This document shows, piece by piece, positions 63,641-64,000 of a stretch of DNA of 64,000 nucleotides (the first letter of the stretch is position 1; every line of letters starts with the position of its first letter). Origin of the DNA: Carcharhinus longimanus (taxonomy: Eukaryota); the NCBI GenBank assembly GCA_030264375.1, contig JASCQW010000105.1:46828594-46892593 (forward strand). Reading direction: 5' to 3'. The notes beneath the pieces are model-generated. The model ran no database searches and had not been told where the DNA came from. It was given only the letters and a program-made list of their open reading frames with translations. Position numbers and translations under genes: made by a program.

Positions 63641-64000
63641 AATCCGAATAGGTTAATAAAGATTTTTAAACCATTACGCATTAAGGCACTGACAGAACTA
63701 CCAGAAGTGATTTCAATGACTTTAAGATACATTTATAAACTAACAAGAAAGCAGTTTACACACATATGAAATGCAAAAAGAGAATTAAATAAGTGATTAT
63801 GAATTATAAACACATATGCTGATATTTTGAATGTATTAATGTATTTTTAAGAATCATTGTTCACTTCAACCAAGGGCAGGTTACTGCAAAGCATCATGGT
63901 AAAGAGCATTAGGACAAAGCCATATTCTAAGGAAACATAGGAACCTTGGGATTATGGCTGTTTTTATCAGCAGAGTTTCGAATGGTAAGAACATTCAAAC

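Noticed and set aside
1-64000. Prokaryotic systems (CRISPR arrays, operons, defence islands)
   Set aside because: The sequence is vertebrate repeat-rich DNA with no regularly spaced repeat-spacer array and no long intact ORFs.

Overview
This is eukaryotic DNA, almost certainly from an elasmobranch (shark or ray). It carries many HE1-type V-SINEs, CR1/HER1 LINE fragments and GGGC-GAATT-ended MITEs, and comes from a scaffolded assembly with 12 N-gaps. I found no intact host gene, RNA gene or CRISPR array. The ORF track is almost all decayed retroelement frames or noise, so the window looks intergenic or deep-intronic. Recognisable decayed elements: a Gypsy retrotransposon (gag-RT-integrase, minus strand, ~1.1-6.1 kb) with nested insertions, a solo LTR with a clean 5-bp TSD, a Rex1/Babar LINE, Penelope RT and terminal pieces, a near full-length L1, many CR1 pieces, Deu-domain SINEs, and a probable DIRS/Ngaro recombinase remnant. 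The most unusual structure is at 43.5-45.2 kb: two ~225-240 bp inverted arms (~92% identical, family unrecognised) enclose a 1.2-kb non-repetitive spacer containing a perfect 40-bp-stem hairpin. Other oddities are an env-like coiled-coil plus transmembrane remnant (~17.5 kb), V-SINE heads with three different tails, a 164-bp direct repeat pair 998 bp apart, and a 72-bp tandem duplication with an ER6-like motif. Family names come from recognising motifs by eye, and repeat boundaries are approximate unless stated.
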